Origin: Adineta vaga
Taxonomy: Eukaryota > Animalia > Rotifera
NCBI GenBank assembly: GCA_021613535.1
Contig: CP075494.1
Location: 12,896,001-12,960,000 of the forward strand
Direction: 5' to 3'
Length of the DNA stretch: 64,000 bases
The notes beneath the pieces were generated by a model, which was not told the DNA's origin, did no database searches, and was given only the letters and a program-made list of their open reading frames with translations. The translations under genes and the position numbers were made by a program. Numbering within the stretch: position 1 is the first letter of the stretch; every line of letters starts with the position of its first letter. Below are positions 31,124 through 43,014 of this stretch, piece after piece.

Positions 31124-34100
31124 ATGGATGCATCAATATTAATTCTTCCACCACCTCCACCTCCACCTCCACCACCACCACCACCATTCTTTGCCGAAAC
31201 AACAACTTCACAAGTAATACCTCCACCACCACCTCCGCCACTGCCACCTTCAGGCCCTCCTGCTCCTCCACTTCCACAGTCAGCTACCAGTTCTACAACA
31301 ATAACAACAACAACAGTAGCAACCACTGTAGGCAATCCTCCCAGTCAGGATCGCATTTGGTTACATCCATGGACAGTAAATGAAATGCGTGATAATGCTT
31401 CACAATGGTCATTAGCTGGTGACGCTGGCGTAAGCAATAATATCATCGATCCGTATAGTTTATCAATATAGAATATTTTCTAGTTATTACTATATCTCGA
31501 ACAATTTTCTGATAAATTAATTCAACGAGCTGATGCTATTCACCAACATTTAAATCAAACAGTGAACGCTGTTAAAGTATATTTAATAGAATTCTGATAA
31601 TATCTATCAACTGATATCTTTTGCTGGTTCTAGAGTACCCATACACGTGTACAAAATTGTCTTAATGAATTTACTTCATTAGCAAATACACAATTTATTG
31701 AAAATGTAAAAAAAAGAAAGATTAATATTTCGATTTTTATTCTACATAAATTATATATCTATTTCTTCTAGCGTGTCTATGATGAAGATGAAACAGCAAG
31801 CACAACAGATGTGAAAAAAGATGAACAATCCACCGTAAGTTCATAGTGTACAAACATGAATTATAGTGAAATAAATCCCTCAGGCTGATCTAATTATTTA
31901 ACAAAAAAAATAAATAGTCATAATCACAAGAGATATTCTTATGTGTTTTAAGGATAAAACAAATATTAGTAATGCTGAAGCACAAGAAAAAGTTCTACAA
32001 CGTTATGTTGAAGCCGTTCAATATGGTCTAGCTATTCTTGAAACACATTTCGAACGTGTTGATCCGAAGTTAGATAGTCTTCAAAATGCAGGAGCATCAT
32101 ATGTTGATGATGATGATGACGAAGATGGTGGAATTTCTATCGAACCTATTCTTGAACCCAAAGATCCTTATATATATCGACCGTTACCATATCTTATTGG
32201 AACAACAGAATTTATGCAAGATGACTACGTTGGTTTAGGTGATTTATTGAATCCACCCGACGATGATGGTGATGTTATTAATCAAAGACAAATGGGACCT
32301 GATCCAGTAAATATAAGTTCATATTTCGTTTAAAACTGAATATTATATTTTTACTATTTTTAGGCATCATCAAGTTGTGATGATGATGACGACGATGATG
32401 ATGATGACGACAATGACTTTGTAAATATATTCTTTGTTTTACATCGTATTCTATCCTTGTCTTTCTATGCGTTTTACAGCTAGTGAAAGGATCAACTGTA
32501 CCAATTGTTGCAGCTGGTGATAGTCGACCAGGTTTCAATACTAATCTTCTAGTTATATCTTTCTATGCTAGTTTTTTAGATCATGTAAATCTATTACAAC
32601 AACCAACGACATCATCTGTTTTAACTGATGATAGTAGCGATGAAGACAATCTATTTGGAGAGAATACTGGTCCATCATTTAATTTCGCTTCTCAGGTAAA
32701 ATCGGTAGTATAGTTGATAACATATAAAAAATATTATTTTCTATAATTTTCCTAGAAAGTGGCTGATGATTCTGATAAAAAAACAAATATCCCGTCGAAA
32801 CCAAGTGATTTCAATTTTGAGAAAGGTCAGTAGGGAAAACAAACATTATTATTCCTAGTTGTAATTATTATATATTTCGATAGGATCAGATGATGAAGGA
32901 GATGACATATTTGGCTCAATAATTAAAAAGCCTCTACCTGTACCTGAAGACAAGAATAAAAATAATCATAATGATCTATCATCATCATCGAACGAATCTG
33001 ATGAATCTGATGAACAAAGTGCACCACCACCACCACCTAGTGGTCCACACAAGCATTTGTCTGCATTAGAAGAAGCCGTTCTACGACGACGAATAGCAAT
33101 GGGCGATCCTGATGTACCATCTGAACTCAAAGAAGAACTTTTGAAAAAATCATCAAATAAACCGACGTATATAATTTCTATATTTGATAGGTTTATCTTT
33201 TCAAACCTTTTTTTCATGTTTAGTTCTACAGCTGAGCCTAAACCATCGGCAAAACTTACGTCAGAAACACCATCATTAAGTACAATGTATGTAATTTTAT
33301 TAAAAGAAAATCAAATTGAAGATAGAAACTATTCAATATGAATTTAGTTCTCATTTGGCGTCGCAACCATTAACAACACCAGAATCATCAACTCAGAAGG
33401 TGCATAGAAATCTGAATTAAAATTTAAAAAGCGTTCGCATTTATTTCATATAAATCTTTTTCATTTCAGACTTCAAAATCATCAATATTTGATAAACCTA
33501 CTCGAGTTGATGATGATGATGATGATGATGAATACGATATTTTCAAAAATGCACCAAAACCAAACTTATCTTCAACAATTACAACTTCTTCAACAACTAA
33601 AGTTGAGACAAAACTAGTGATACCTAAACCACAACAAAAGAAAGACTTGTTTGACGACGTTTCGGATGAAGAAGACTTATTTGTACCGAAAATAAACGAT
33701 AAGCCATCATCAGTACAGATGAAACAAAATGATTCAAATACAAAACAACAGTCAATAACGCCATCTAAACCAAAACCACCTATCGCAGATGTGGAAAGTG
33801 ATGAGGATGATATTTTTAATACAAAGAAAACACCTCTAAAACCACCTACAATAACACCAATTGCGAAAACTGAAGTTAAAAACCATAAATCATCTAGTTC
33901 TGATGATGATGATGATTTCGCCATTACTTCAATGAAACCTAAAACACAAACAAGTGATAAAGATCCTCGATCGTCATCGAAACCTCTAACACAACAACCA
34001 TCTGCTATTTCTGCTTCCACAATTGTTCCATCGGTGAAAAAAGCTGAACTTCTTGTTGGAGATAGTGAGGATGAAATTTTCCTATCAAAAAAACCTCCAC

Positions 34101-36519
34101 TGAAGCCAGCAACAACAACAACAAACACGATTCAAAATATAGTGTCACCATCGAAATCTAGTGATGATGATGACTTATTTGCTACACCGAAACAAAAAAG
34201 TAATATTTCAACAACAGAAACTCCAAAAGTTACACCATCAAATATCAAACCTGATCAACAAGAGAAATCATCTAGTGTATCGAAGGCACCAACAGTAGTA
34301 ACACAAAAACCTATATCTACTAAATCCTTTACTGAAGATGATGATGACGAGAAATTATTCGGAATAAAATCCACCAAACCTAAAGAGCCTGCGACCAGTT
34401 CACAAAAAGTCGTACCTGAAACTATTGGTGAAAGTAAAGAATTATTCTCTTCAAAACCACTTCAAATTGATCTACCGCCACCTGTTCAATTACCACCTTT
34501 ACCTTCAATTCCATCTGCTAAAAGTGATGTTTATGAAGATCCTTTATTAGGAAATCAAAAAAGCGTTGAAATTACAACAAAACCATCATCTGTTCCCGTC
34601 GTTTCACGACCAGAAAAATCTCCTCTCGATAGTGACGATGAAGATTTCGTTCCGAAACGACAATTAAATCCAGCAGCACTGAAGGACGGTGACAAACTTA
34701 ATGTTAAAGCTCTTTCAGTAAGATCGAAACGTTGAAAAAAAATATCTTGTTTATAATTTCGTTTTCTACAGGCTTCTTTAGGTATTAATCTGACTGCTCA
34801 TAAGCCAGGTGGTGCACGTCCAAAACCATCTCGACCTACTGAAGAACCATTAGATAAGTCTGTAGATGATGATCCGCCTCCAGCATCTGTTGTGAAGAAA
34901 ACACCAAAATTTGATAGTGACAGCGATGATGATAATGATTTGTTTAGCGGTCCAAAAAAAGTCACACCAATTGTTGAGAAAAAAGAAAAAACAAATGAAG
35001 AAACTGAAACAAGAGGCGTCAGCGTCAAAGACCTTTCAGTAAGACAAAGTGTTAGAAGAAATATCTTTTCTCTATTTTGATTTTCTATAGGCTACTTTAA
35101 ACAATACTCTAACTGCTCAAAAACCAGTGCGTTCTACTGAAGCACCATTGGATAAGTCTATCGATGATAAGAAACCTACACCATCCGTTGTGAAGAAAAC
35201 ACCGAAATTTGATAGTGATAGCGATGACGATAATGATTTGTTTAGCGGTCCGAAAAAAATCACACCAATTGTTGAGAAAAAAGAAAAAACAAATGAAGAA
35301 ACTGAAACAAGAAGCGTTAGTGTCAAAGATCTATCCGTAAGAAAATAATCAAATCGTTTTCTAAAACAAAAAATATCTATTCATCAATATTATAGTCTCG
35401 AATGAAAATTCCAATCATGCCTGGATCTGGCATTCGACCTAAACCAATTCGTAATGAAGAAAATATATCCAGTGATATAACAGCAACCACTTCAAACGAA
35501 ACATCGAAAGAAGAAGTAGCAGTTGATAAGACTATGTTGGACATTCTGAAAGTAATTATCTATGATTTTTCTTGTATGAAAATATTATCTCTCTTCTAAG
35601 GATCGAACAAGAGTTAGTGTCAAGACACGAACACCACCAACAAGAAAGCCACGTTCAGGTGCAGCAACAGCCGCAACAAACTCTACCAATGAAGCAGATG
35701 ATCTTTTCGGATTATCTAATTCGACGAGTACTGCTGTATCATCGACTCTTCTTCCTCCATTACCTCCAGCAGCTCCTGTTGTTGTTACTACTGCTGCTGC
35801 TATTCCTGTTGCTGTTCCGGTAATTCTTCCACCAACAAATGAAACAGGTTTGCCAGATAAAACTGCTCCTATCGCTGCTATATCAGATAAACAATCTAAT
35901 TTGAAAGAAAAGAAAAAAATTTCGCTTTTTGATTCTGATGATTCTGATATTGATGAATTGCTCTTCGGCTCGAGCAAAAGTATGCTCATCGGTATTAACT
36001 TTTTCTTCAACTCATTATTTCTTTTATCTAGAAAATAAATTACCTGCCGTACCTAAACCAACCACAGTAAGTTTATTTCTTGTCTCAATAATAAAAGGAT
36101 GTGATTACTATGTTTAGTCTCTTTTAGTCATCAACAACACCTAAAACAACTACAAAAGCTACAGTTGTAGGGCTAGATGATGATGACAGTGATTTTCTTT
36201 CCAAACGTCCTGTGAAAAAGACTACCAAAGCATTTGATAACGATGATATTTTTGGTGATGTTCAAAATAAATCCCAACCAGTGAATAAAGCGAAAAAAGA
36301 TTGGTCAATAATGAATAAAACCGACACAGGTATCAATTTTCTTTCTCATTATTTCAATTGCCTTCATCTCATCTTTCAAATTTAGATGATATTTTCAATG
36401 ATGCATCAAAAAAGTCTTCCAATACGACAAAATCAAAATCCACCAATGTTAAAAGCAAATCAAGTAAAGATATCGATGATATTTTTGATGATCCATTGAA
36501 TGTTTCATCGAAACGCTAA
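31124..36519 (+). CDS. WASHC2: WASH complex subunit 2 (FAM21), multi-exon; start codon uncertain
   Basis: PWTV.EMR.....WSLAGDAG|LL.YL..FS; F..LANTQFIEN|RVYDE; DPY..RPLPYLIGT..F; many acidic L-F (LFa) motifs; CPI-like segment LK|DRTRV...RTPPTR; C-terminal IFDDPLN. Confidence 0.92.
34772..35336 (+). repeat. Tandem exon duplication within WASHC2 (34772-35038 and 35091-35336)
   Basis: Both phase-0 exons encode ...VVKKTPKFDSDSDDDNDLFSGPKK.TPIVEKKEKTNEETETR.VSVKDLS; preceding introns are also similar. Confidence 0.92.
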
Positions 36520-36974
36520 AATAATTCAATCGTAACTAGAAAAAAAACAGAAATAAAACTTTATTGTGCATTTCGATTTTTCCTTTTCTTCTTTTGTGCA
36601 ATATATAAATAAATGCCGTTTATTTTTTACTCTTCGTAATCAAATATAAAAAATCAAATATATATTTATTATATACATTTTTCTTCGTTATCTATTCGAT
36701 GTATCAGTAATGCGTTCGAAACGAATGATTTATTTATAAATTGTTTTTTATGCAAGTACAGTATTTAACTATACTTTACGTCACTCAGTATTGACGTATT
36801 TTCTTATCATAGAAATAGTTTGTCCTTGAAAAAGATTGATATTAATGAGTAGAATCGTTTATTTTGGGTAACTAAGTTCATCAAGATAGGCTTGATTGAA
36901 TTTTTCGAAACCACATATAAACACCAGCGTTTTCGAATTTGTTTTCATTCATTGATTACATTTTCAAAATCACA

Positions 36975-37523
36975 ATGGGAAATCAACAATATCAAACATA
37001 TCGTACTGAAAGTCGTTATTCACAATGGGATGCACCACGTTTGCAAAAATTCAGTGGTTTTGATGGCAATCGATTACCACAAATTCACCAGGCATTTATT
37101 AAAGCTGCAGGCAGTGATGGTCTAGTTAGTCGAAGTGAATTCGGTCGACTTTATCGTGAATACAATCTTGGACCTAATGATGAAGGTAGTATTGATCGAG
37201 CCTTTCGTACATTTGATCGAGATGGTTCAGGAAAATTGTCTTTTGATGAATTACTCTCTGCATCTATCATGTTAAACAAAAATACCAATGCTCGTGAACG
37301 TGTTTCATACCTAATTGATTCAAATAATCCTTCTGGAATAAATAAAACAATCATTACACCTGACTATGGACGACATATTATTCAAAATATGAATCAATTC
37401 TATGGTACAAATGCTGATTTTGATCAAATATGGTCGAAAGTCAATTCAAATAATGGACAAGTTCAACGAGAAGAATTCATATCATATGTCACTCAATCAC
37501 CAACATTTGTACAATATTTTTAA
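36975..37523 (+). CDS. N-myristoylated EF-hand calcium sensor (NCS/calcineurin-B-like), intronless
   Basis: Starts MGNQQ; canonical EF loop DRDGSGKLSFDE in context RAFRTFD; degenerate EF hands (SDGLVSRSEF, NSNNGQVQREEF). Confidence 0.8.
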   Translation: MGNQQYQTYRTESRYSQWDAPRLQKFSGFDGNRLPQIHQAFIKAAGSDGLVSRSEFGRLYREYNLGPNDEGSIDRAFRTFDRDGSGKLSFDELLSASIMLNKNTNARERVSYLIDSNNPSGINKTIITPDYGRHIIQNMNQFYGTNADFDQIWSKVNSNNGQVQREEFISYVTQSPTFVQYF

Positions 37524-37726
37524 AAGAAAAAGCTGTACTGTTTAGTTTACTGTATTGTATTAATCTAGCAATTAGATTGTTTCGATAATAAATCGGATTT
37601 ATAGGAGTGTATTTTTATCATCAATTCACAAATAAAATACAGAAATAGTCGTTTATAATTCAGTTTATAGAAAATGTATAAGTATATAGTCTATTTATAA
37701 CTAATTGGAAAAATGAAGTTTGATTA

Positions 37727-38293
37727 TAACGAGTGGGTCATATTGAATTGCGCCTAATGCTCTTTCTGCTTTCGATGATTTATTATTCTGACGAGAAGTT
37801 TATTTATGTATGAAAATATGGAGAATTTAAAGTTCTATAAAATTGTATGTGTTTTAGATATTTACCAGCTATCGTTCTAATACAACAGATGAAAAGTAAA
37901 GACCTTCAAAATCTAGTATTGCGATCACGTCACAATGGAAAAAGTGGTAATGAAATTTTCAAAGATCTACATAGATTAGTGTCTCGAAAAACGTATTCGG
38001 TTCGATTAAGTTACTATTGATGCTACCGGGGGTATTAGTCTGAAGTATTCAAAAGACGGTCCAAGAGGTATTAAATCAAAATTTCTGTTCAAAAAAGTGA
38101 AACAACGCTTATCAAAATGGAAAGATATATCATGTTGTATTAGAACGATAGCTGGTAAATATCTAAAACACATACAATTTTATAGAACTTTAAATTCTCC
38201 ATATTTCCATACATAAACAAACTTCTCGTCAGAATAATAAATCATTGAAAGCAGCAAGAGCATCAGGTGCAATTCAATATGACCCATCCATTA
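37727..38293 (+). mobile_element. Internally deleted IS630-Tc1-mariner element with ~160-bp terminal inverted repeats
   Basis: 37727-37887 is the near-perfect reverse complement of ~38133-38293 (about 9 mismatches); TA at both ends; inside is a frameshifted transposase-like N-terminus MKSKDLQNLVL...GNEIFKDL...TGGISLK...GPR..K.K...KVKQRL with no DDD/E domain. Confidence 0.88.
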
Positions 38294-39904
38294 TTTAAAC
38301 AAAAATTAGACGGTAGATTATTGTAAATAGGTTCACGTGTTTATTGTGACCGAAGATGTTTAAGAGTGTAGAATATTTTTTTATCCCAAACATCAAGTTC
38401 TAGTTGTATTACAGCACTAAACGTTAGATTTCATATTAGATGGAAAAAAGCTTAAAGCTATTCGAGAAATTGTAAGATTTGGACTGTTATTTACTTTTCC
38501 ATTTTCACTATAAATATCAAAAAGACAGCAATCGTCTCACTTTAACTTATTCTACATCTGCTTGTTTAGACATATCAAAAGGTAATCTGAGAACGAGGAA
38601 ATTACGTGTTTTTACCCAATGAATCATTTGTTAAATTTTGACAGACGTTTCAAATAGTTGACCTTATTTTTTAGATATTTATGTATTAATTATGTAGGAT
38701 TGACGTAAATGAGATGCATCGTATCATAAGGAAACGCCGATGGATTATGACCTAGTTTTCTTATTTTACATTAATTAGTAACATGGACTTTCATGTTTCA
38801 ATTGGCTTCTATTCCTATATATTTTGTAATTCCTTTAGAAAAATTTAGATTTTAATTAACTGATATCTTTCATGTCTCGATTGATGTTCTTGTTGAAAGA
38901 ATGAATATGGTGAATACAAGTATTTTCGATTACGAATAATAATAACGCTCGTCGAGAGAGACTCGCTTAACTCTTGAGTGATCTAGACCTGACCATTATA
39001 TTTCTCGAAGTTTTCTTAAATATAACTTAAATTGTTCGTCTCACGGTTAGTCGAATGAATGGAGATCAAATAATTTTTTTACCCAAATAAAAAGTCTTCA
39101 GTAATTTCAAAAAACTAATTTGTATCCTACTACCTATACATTTATACAAAAATTATTTTGAATAAAAAAACAAAATAACATATTGCAAGAGAATGACAGT
39201 TATGGACAAAAGACGATTTTCGAAACCCGTTAAAGGGAGTACAATCTTTCCTTATCGTTTTTAATAAGAAAAATATTCCCAAGCGGATGACGGTTGCCGG
39301 TTTTCTGAAAATCATTGACAGTGTTGTGATGCTATTAAAACTACAAGCAATAGCAATAGTACTAGTATGCCATAAACATTTTTTTTTATCTTAGTTTCGA
39401 TACAAGATATCGATTTTACCTTCCTGGATTCTGACAAACTGACTCTATCGCATTTAATAAGGTTTCATATTACCTTCTTTTCAGTCGAGGGAATTATTAT
39501 GACTACTTGAATATATCTTATAGACACGTTTTCGATTATCATAATGAGAAGCTTCCCTTATCGGTAGTTTATATTAGTCATATTGTCTTTATTGAAGTCA
39601 TTTTGATTTTAAAGACAAATAAACTGAACAGAAGAAAAGCTATGCAATTATCATTCATTCACTCTAGAAGTATATTAATTAATCTCTAGTCCGACACTGA
39701 CACAATTTTCCAGGCCATTTTTACTTTTTATCACACCGCCAAATTACTGAGTGCGATAGTATGCAATTTTAATTATGATTTCAAAGCATATTTTAACAAG
39801 AAAATATCACGTATAATATATGATTATAAAAGATAATAAACTAAAATTTTATTCATTCTGCATTCCAAACAAATATAGGATAACCTGCAGTCAATTAAAA
39901 AATT

Positions 39905-40948
39905 ATGGAAATATCCGATGAGTTGTATTATGTGAATATTCTTGCTAATATCCTTACCAATTTGTACAAATTTGTACAGCCGATATGTTTCATTCTTGGC
40001 AATATCGGAAATCTACTCACTGCATTCGTCTTTTGGAGAAAAACTTGGCGAAAGAATGTATGCGTACTCTATTTCAAGGTTTATCTTATTTCAAATACAT
40101 GTTACATCAACAGTTCTCTATTAGGATCGACTTTTATATATGGTTATAATATTCACTTGCAAAATACGAATATCGTCCTATGTAAAGCTTTCTATTATTC
40201 AGCTTTTCTCTTTGCAATTCATCCACCAACTATTCTAATTCTTGCATCCATCGATCGTCTGCTCATCTCGTCGCAAAACGTTGACACTCGATTGTATAGT
40301 TCCAAACGTCTCGCATATTTTTCTATCGGTTTAAGTACTTTCTTCTGGATTGTCTTCAATGTTCACATTTTAATCATGGTTCATATACAAGAACTATATC
40401 CTTCAGTTTTCGTCTGCTATTATGATTTGTCGAGTTCATATCAAAACTTCGTGTACTATTATTTAGCTATTGTGAACATTTGTTTTTGTTTCATCATGAT
40501 CGTTTTATGTTTGTTGTCATTCAAGAATATTCGACATATCCAGGTGGTTCCACGTCAACAACGAAATCAAAGACGAACAATGACAAAGAAAGATTTTCAA
40601 TTACTTCGCTGTTTGTTTGCACATGGTATAGTTTATATCATATTTCGTATTGGAATTAATCTTTATTATGGCTATGATGCAATAACAAGAGGTCAACAAC
40701 GTTCTGAACTACGTCGAATAATAGAAGTTTTAATCAACGATTTCCTCACTTTCCTGTTTAATGCATCATACTGTCTAAGTTTTTTCATCTATATTAGTAT
40801 TTCGAAAACGTTTCGTCACGAACTGAAACGAATATTGTGGAAAGTATGTGGAAAAGATGTGATGCCAATACGAGAGGAAGAAAATCGGCAGGAGAATCCT
40901 GATAACCAAGCTGGTGTTGTTACGATTCATATATCTGCTTCAAAATGA
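39905..40948 (+). CDS. Orphan rhodopsin-like (class A) 7TM receptor, copy 1, intronless
   Basis: Seven hydrophobic segments; TM1 GNIGN; ECL1-TM3 Cys (LCK); LASIDR; TM7 SFFIY followed by S..FR.EL helix 8. Confidence 0.88.
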   Translation: MEISDELYYVNILANILTNLYKFVQPICFILGNIGNLLTAFVFWRKTWRKNVCVLYFKVYLISNTCYINSSLLGSTFIYGYNIHLQNTNIVLCKAFYYSAFLFAIHPPTILILASIDRLLISSQNVDTRLYSSKRLAYFSIGLSTFFWIVFNVHILIMVHIQELYPSVFVCYYDLSSSYQNFVYYYLAIVNICFCFIMIVLCLLSFKNIRHIQVVPRQQRNQRRTMTKKDFQLLRCLFAHGIVYIIFRIGINLYYGYDAITRGQQRSELRRIIEVLINDFLTFLFNASYCLSFFIYISISKTFRHELKRILWKVCGKDVMPIREEENRQENPDNQAGVVTIHISASK

Positions 40949-41403
40949 ATATTTAATAAAAGAAAATAAATCTATCAGCTCTACTTGAAAAGCTGTACAA
41001 TTATTGTTGAATTAAATAACTGGTAAAGCACCTGTATGATTTGCAGTACTGGAGAAAATTGGATAGGTAGATGAGATCTTGTGTGAGAAGATGGACTGTC
41101 ATAAATAATAGATTATCCGAGAGAAGAAATAAATAGCTGTAATATTATATCAATCTTCATATCTTTCCTTCATGTGAGAGAGAACAATGGGTCTACGAAA
41201 CAGAAAAAAACATGATTTAGAATGCTGAAAACCAGTCTCATTCTTGTAAAGAAAAAAGTCAATTTATTTTTTATCTATCTCTCATATGGCTTACTCTCAT
41301 AAGATTATTTTCTTTTTTCGTTCGTCACTAAATCAGTACCTATCATATCAATAGAACGAGAGAATCAAAATGGAGGTGTTTATTTCGTCATTCTTTTCTC
41401 TCT

Positions 41404-41967
41404 ATGATATCCATCAGTGTAGTCGCATCCGAAGAGGATGTGCTTACCATAAAAGCTTTACAACACGATAATCTTCGACGGAATATATCTATTGAAAAGC
41501 AAAACGCGGATGGTTTCGTTACAAATGAATATGATGTTAAATTTCTACGAAAAATAAATCAAATATCACCAAGTATCATTGCAAAAGATTCAACATCGAA
41601 ATTAGTTAGTTATTCATTGACAGTATTACCTGAAAATGCATCTGAAGTACCAGAACTTGATAAACTTATTTCGTTGATCAATAAAACGGAATACAAAGGT
41701 AAATCTCTACAAAATTATAAGTACTATATTATGGGTCAAATATGTATTGCCGAAGGTTTTCGAGGTCAACAAATTTTTGATCGAATGTATGACAAACATC
41801 GTGAATTATATGGGAACTCCTATGAATTACTTATTACAGATATTGCAGACAAGAATGTTCGTTCATTTCGTGCTCATGCTCGAATAGGATTTGAACTACT
41901 ACATAGATATATGGATGACATTACGAATGAAATGTGGAATATTGTAGTGTGGGATTGGCACAAATGA
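41404..41967 (+). CDS. GNAT-family acetyltransferase of bacterial type, intronless (HGT candidate)
   Basis: Motif A GQICIAEGFRGQ; motif B N.RSFRAH.RIGF; GFVT and VVWDW motifs recall Bacteroidota GNATs. Confidence 0.85.
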   Translation: MISISVVASEEDVLTIKALQHDNLRRNISIEKQNADGFVTNEYDVKFLRKINQISPSIIAKDSTSKLVSYSLTVLPENASEVPELDKLISLINKTEYKGKSLQNYKYYIMGQICIAEGFRGQQIFDRMYDKHRELYGNSYELLITDIADKNVRSFRAHARIGFELLHRYMDDITNEMWNIVVWDWHK

Positions 41968-43014
41968 CATTCTTTCTTGATTATAGAACTCAAAAATAAA
42001 TGAACTGGTTCTTTTCATTACATTTTCTTCTGAAATATGTGATGTTTTGTAATAAAAGTACCTCCCTATAATGAACACCGTTAGGGTTTTTTGAAAGTGT
42101 TTATTATCAGAAGTTGCACTGTAATTTTTGGTCTATAAATCATGTTTGAGGAAAAAATATGATTCGATTTTGGTTCTTTTGATAATTAAGCAATACTAGA
42201 CACTTTTCTTTTCTAGCTAAAAAACAGATTCGATTAAAGGTTTTTCAAAGACACCAATTAAAGTAATCCTCTTCGACATCTTATCATATATAAACCTCGA
42301 ATTTTTAAACTATTTATAGATTTGTTCGACCCGGAAGCGCTCATAATAGAGTAAAAGAATAATCCGTTTTCCAAAAACGCATTAAGCGAATCACTTAGTT
42401 TTACAGTTGCTGATTAAAGCGAACTTTTCACATATTAAATTATAAAAATTTTGTTGAGGCAGATATGAATGAAGAAAACGAATGTAAATTAACTAGAAAA
42501 AAGAATAGAGAATGGCAGCCATGCGAGAAATACTTCGTGGACCTGCATTCTAATTCGTTCTATACGAAACAATGTTAATGATTGCTTTTTTCATGTATTT
42601 TCTTGTTATTTTGATCTTAGTTGATGGAGGCTCATTGTTGCCTTCTATACTGTCTATGATTAATTACATAACATGATGCCGAATTTTATTACTGATCTTA
42701 AAAATATGAAAGTGCTCTGGATCAAATGGTTCTTATTTATTCACAACCACCTTACTCTTATTAATTCAACATAAAATACGATTATCCAATGCTCCTGACT
42801 TCCTAGAGAAATCATAAAAATATTACCTTCTTTTCTATGCCGCTGAGCAAACTGAACATGATATTTATATCTTTTTAATTAATGTTTCATATAATATTCT
42901 GAAATAAAAGTTTATGCGTACGATAGAGATACAAAAGAAAACGACACATCATCATTTATTTAACACAAATTCTGAAAAGCAACCGACTATCTCATTGAGA
43001 TTTATAAAAACATT

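Noticed and set aside
31072-36010. Antisense ORFs over WASHC2 (e.g. 33466-34128) and similar shadow ORFs elsewhere
   Set aside because: Explained by low-complexity codon usage on the coding strand
42055-42125. Tiny MITE-like element with pogo/Tc1-type end (...GTTGCACTGTA)
   Set aside because: Only one convincing end; the partner repeat is too degenerate
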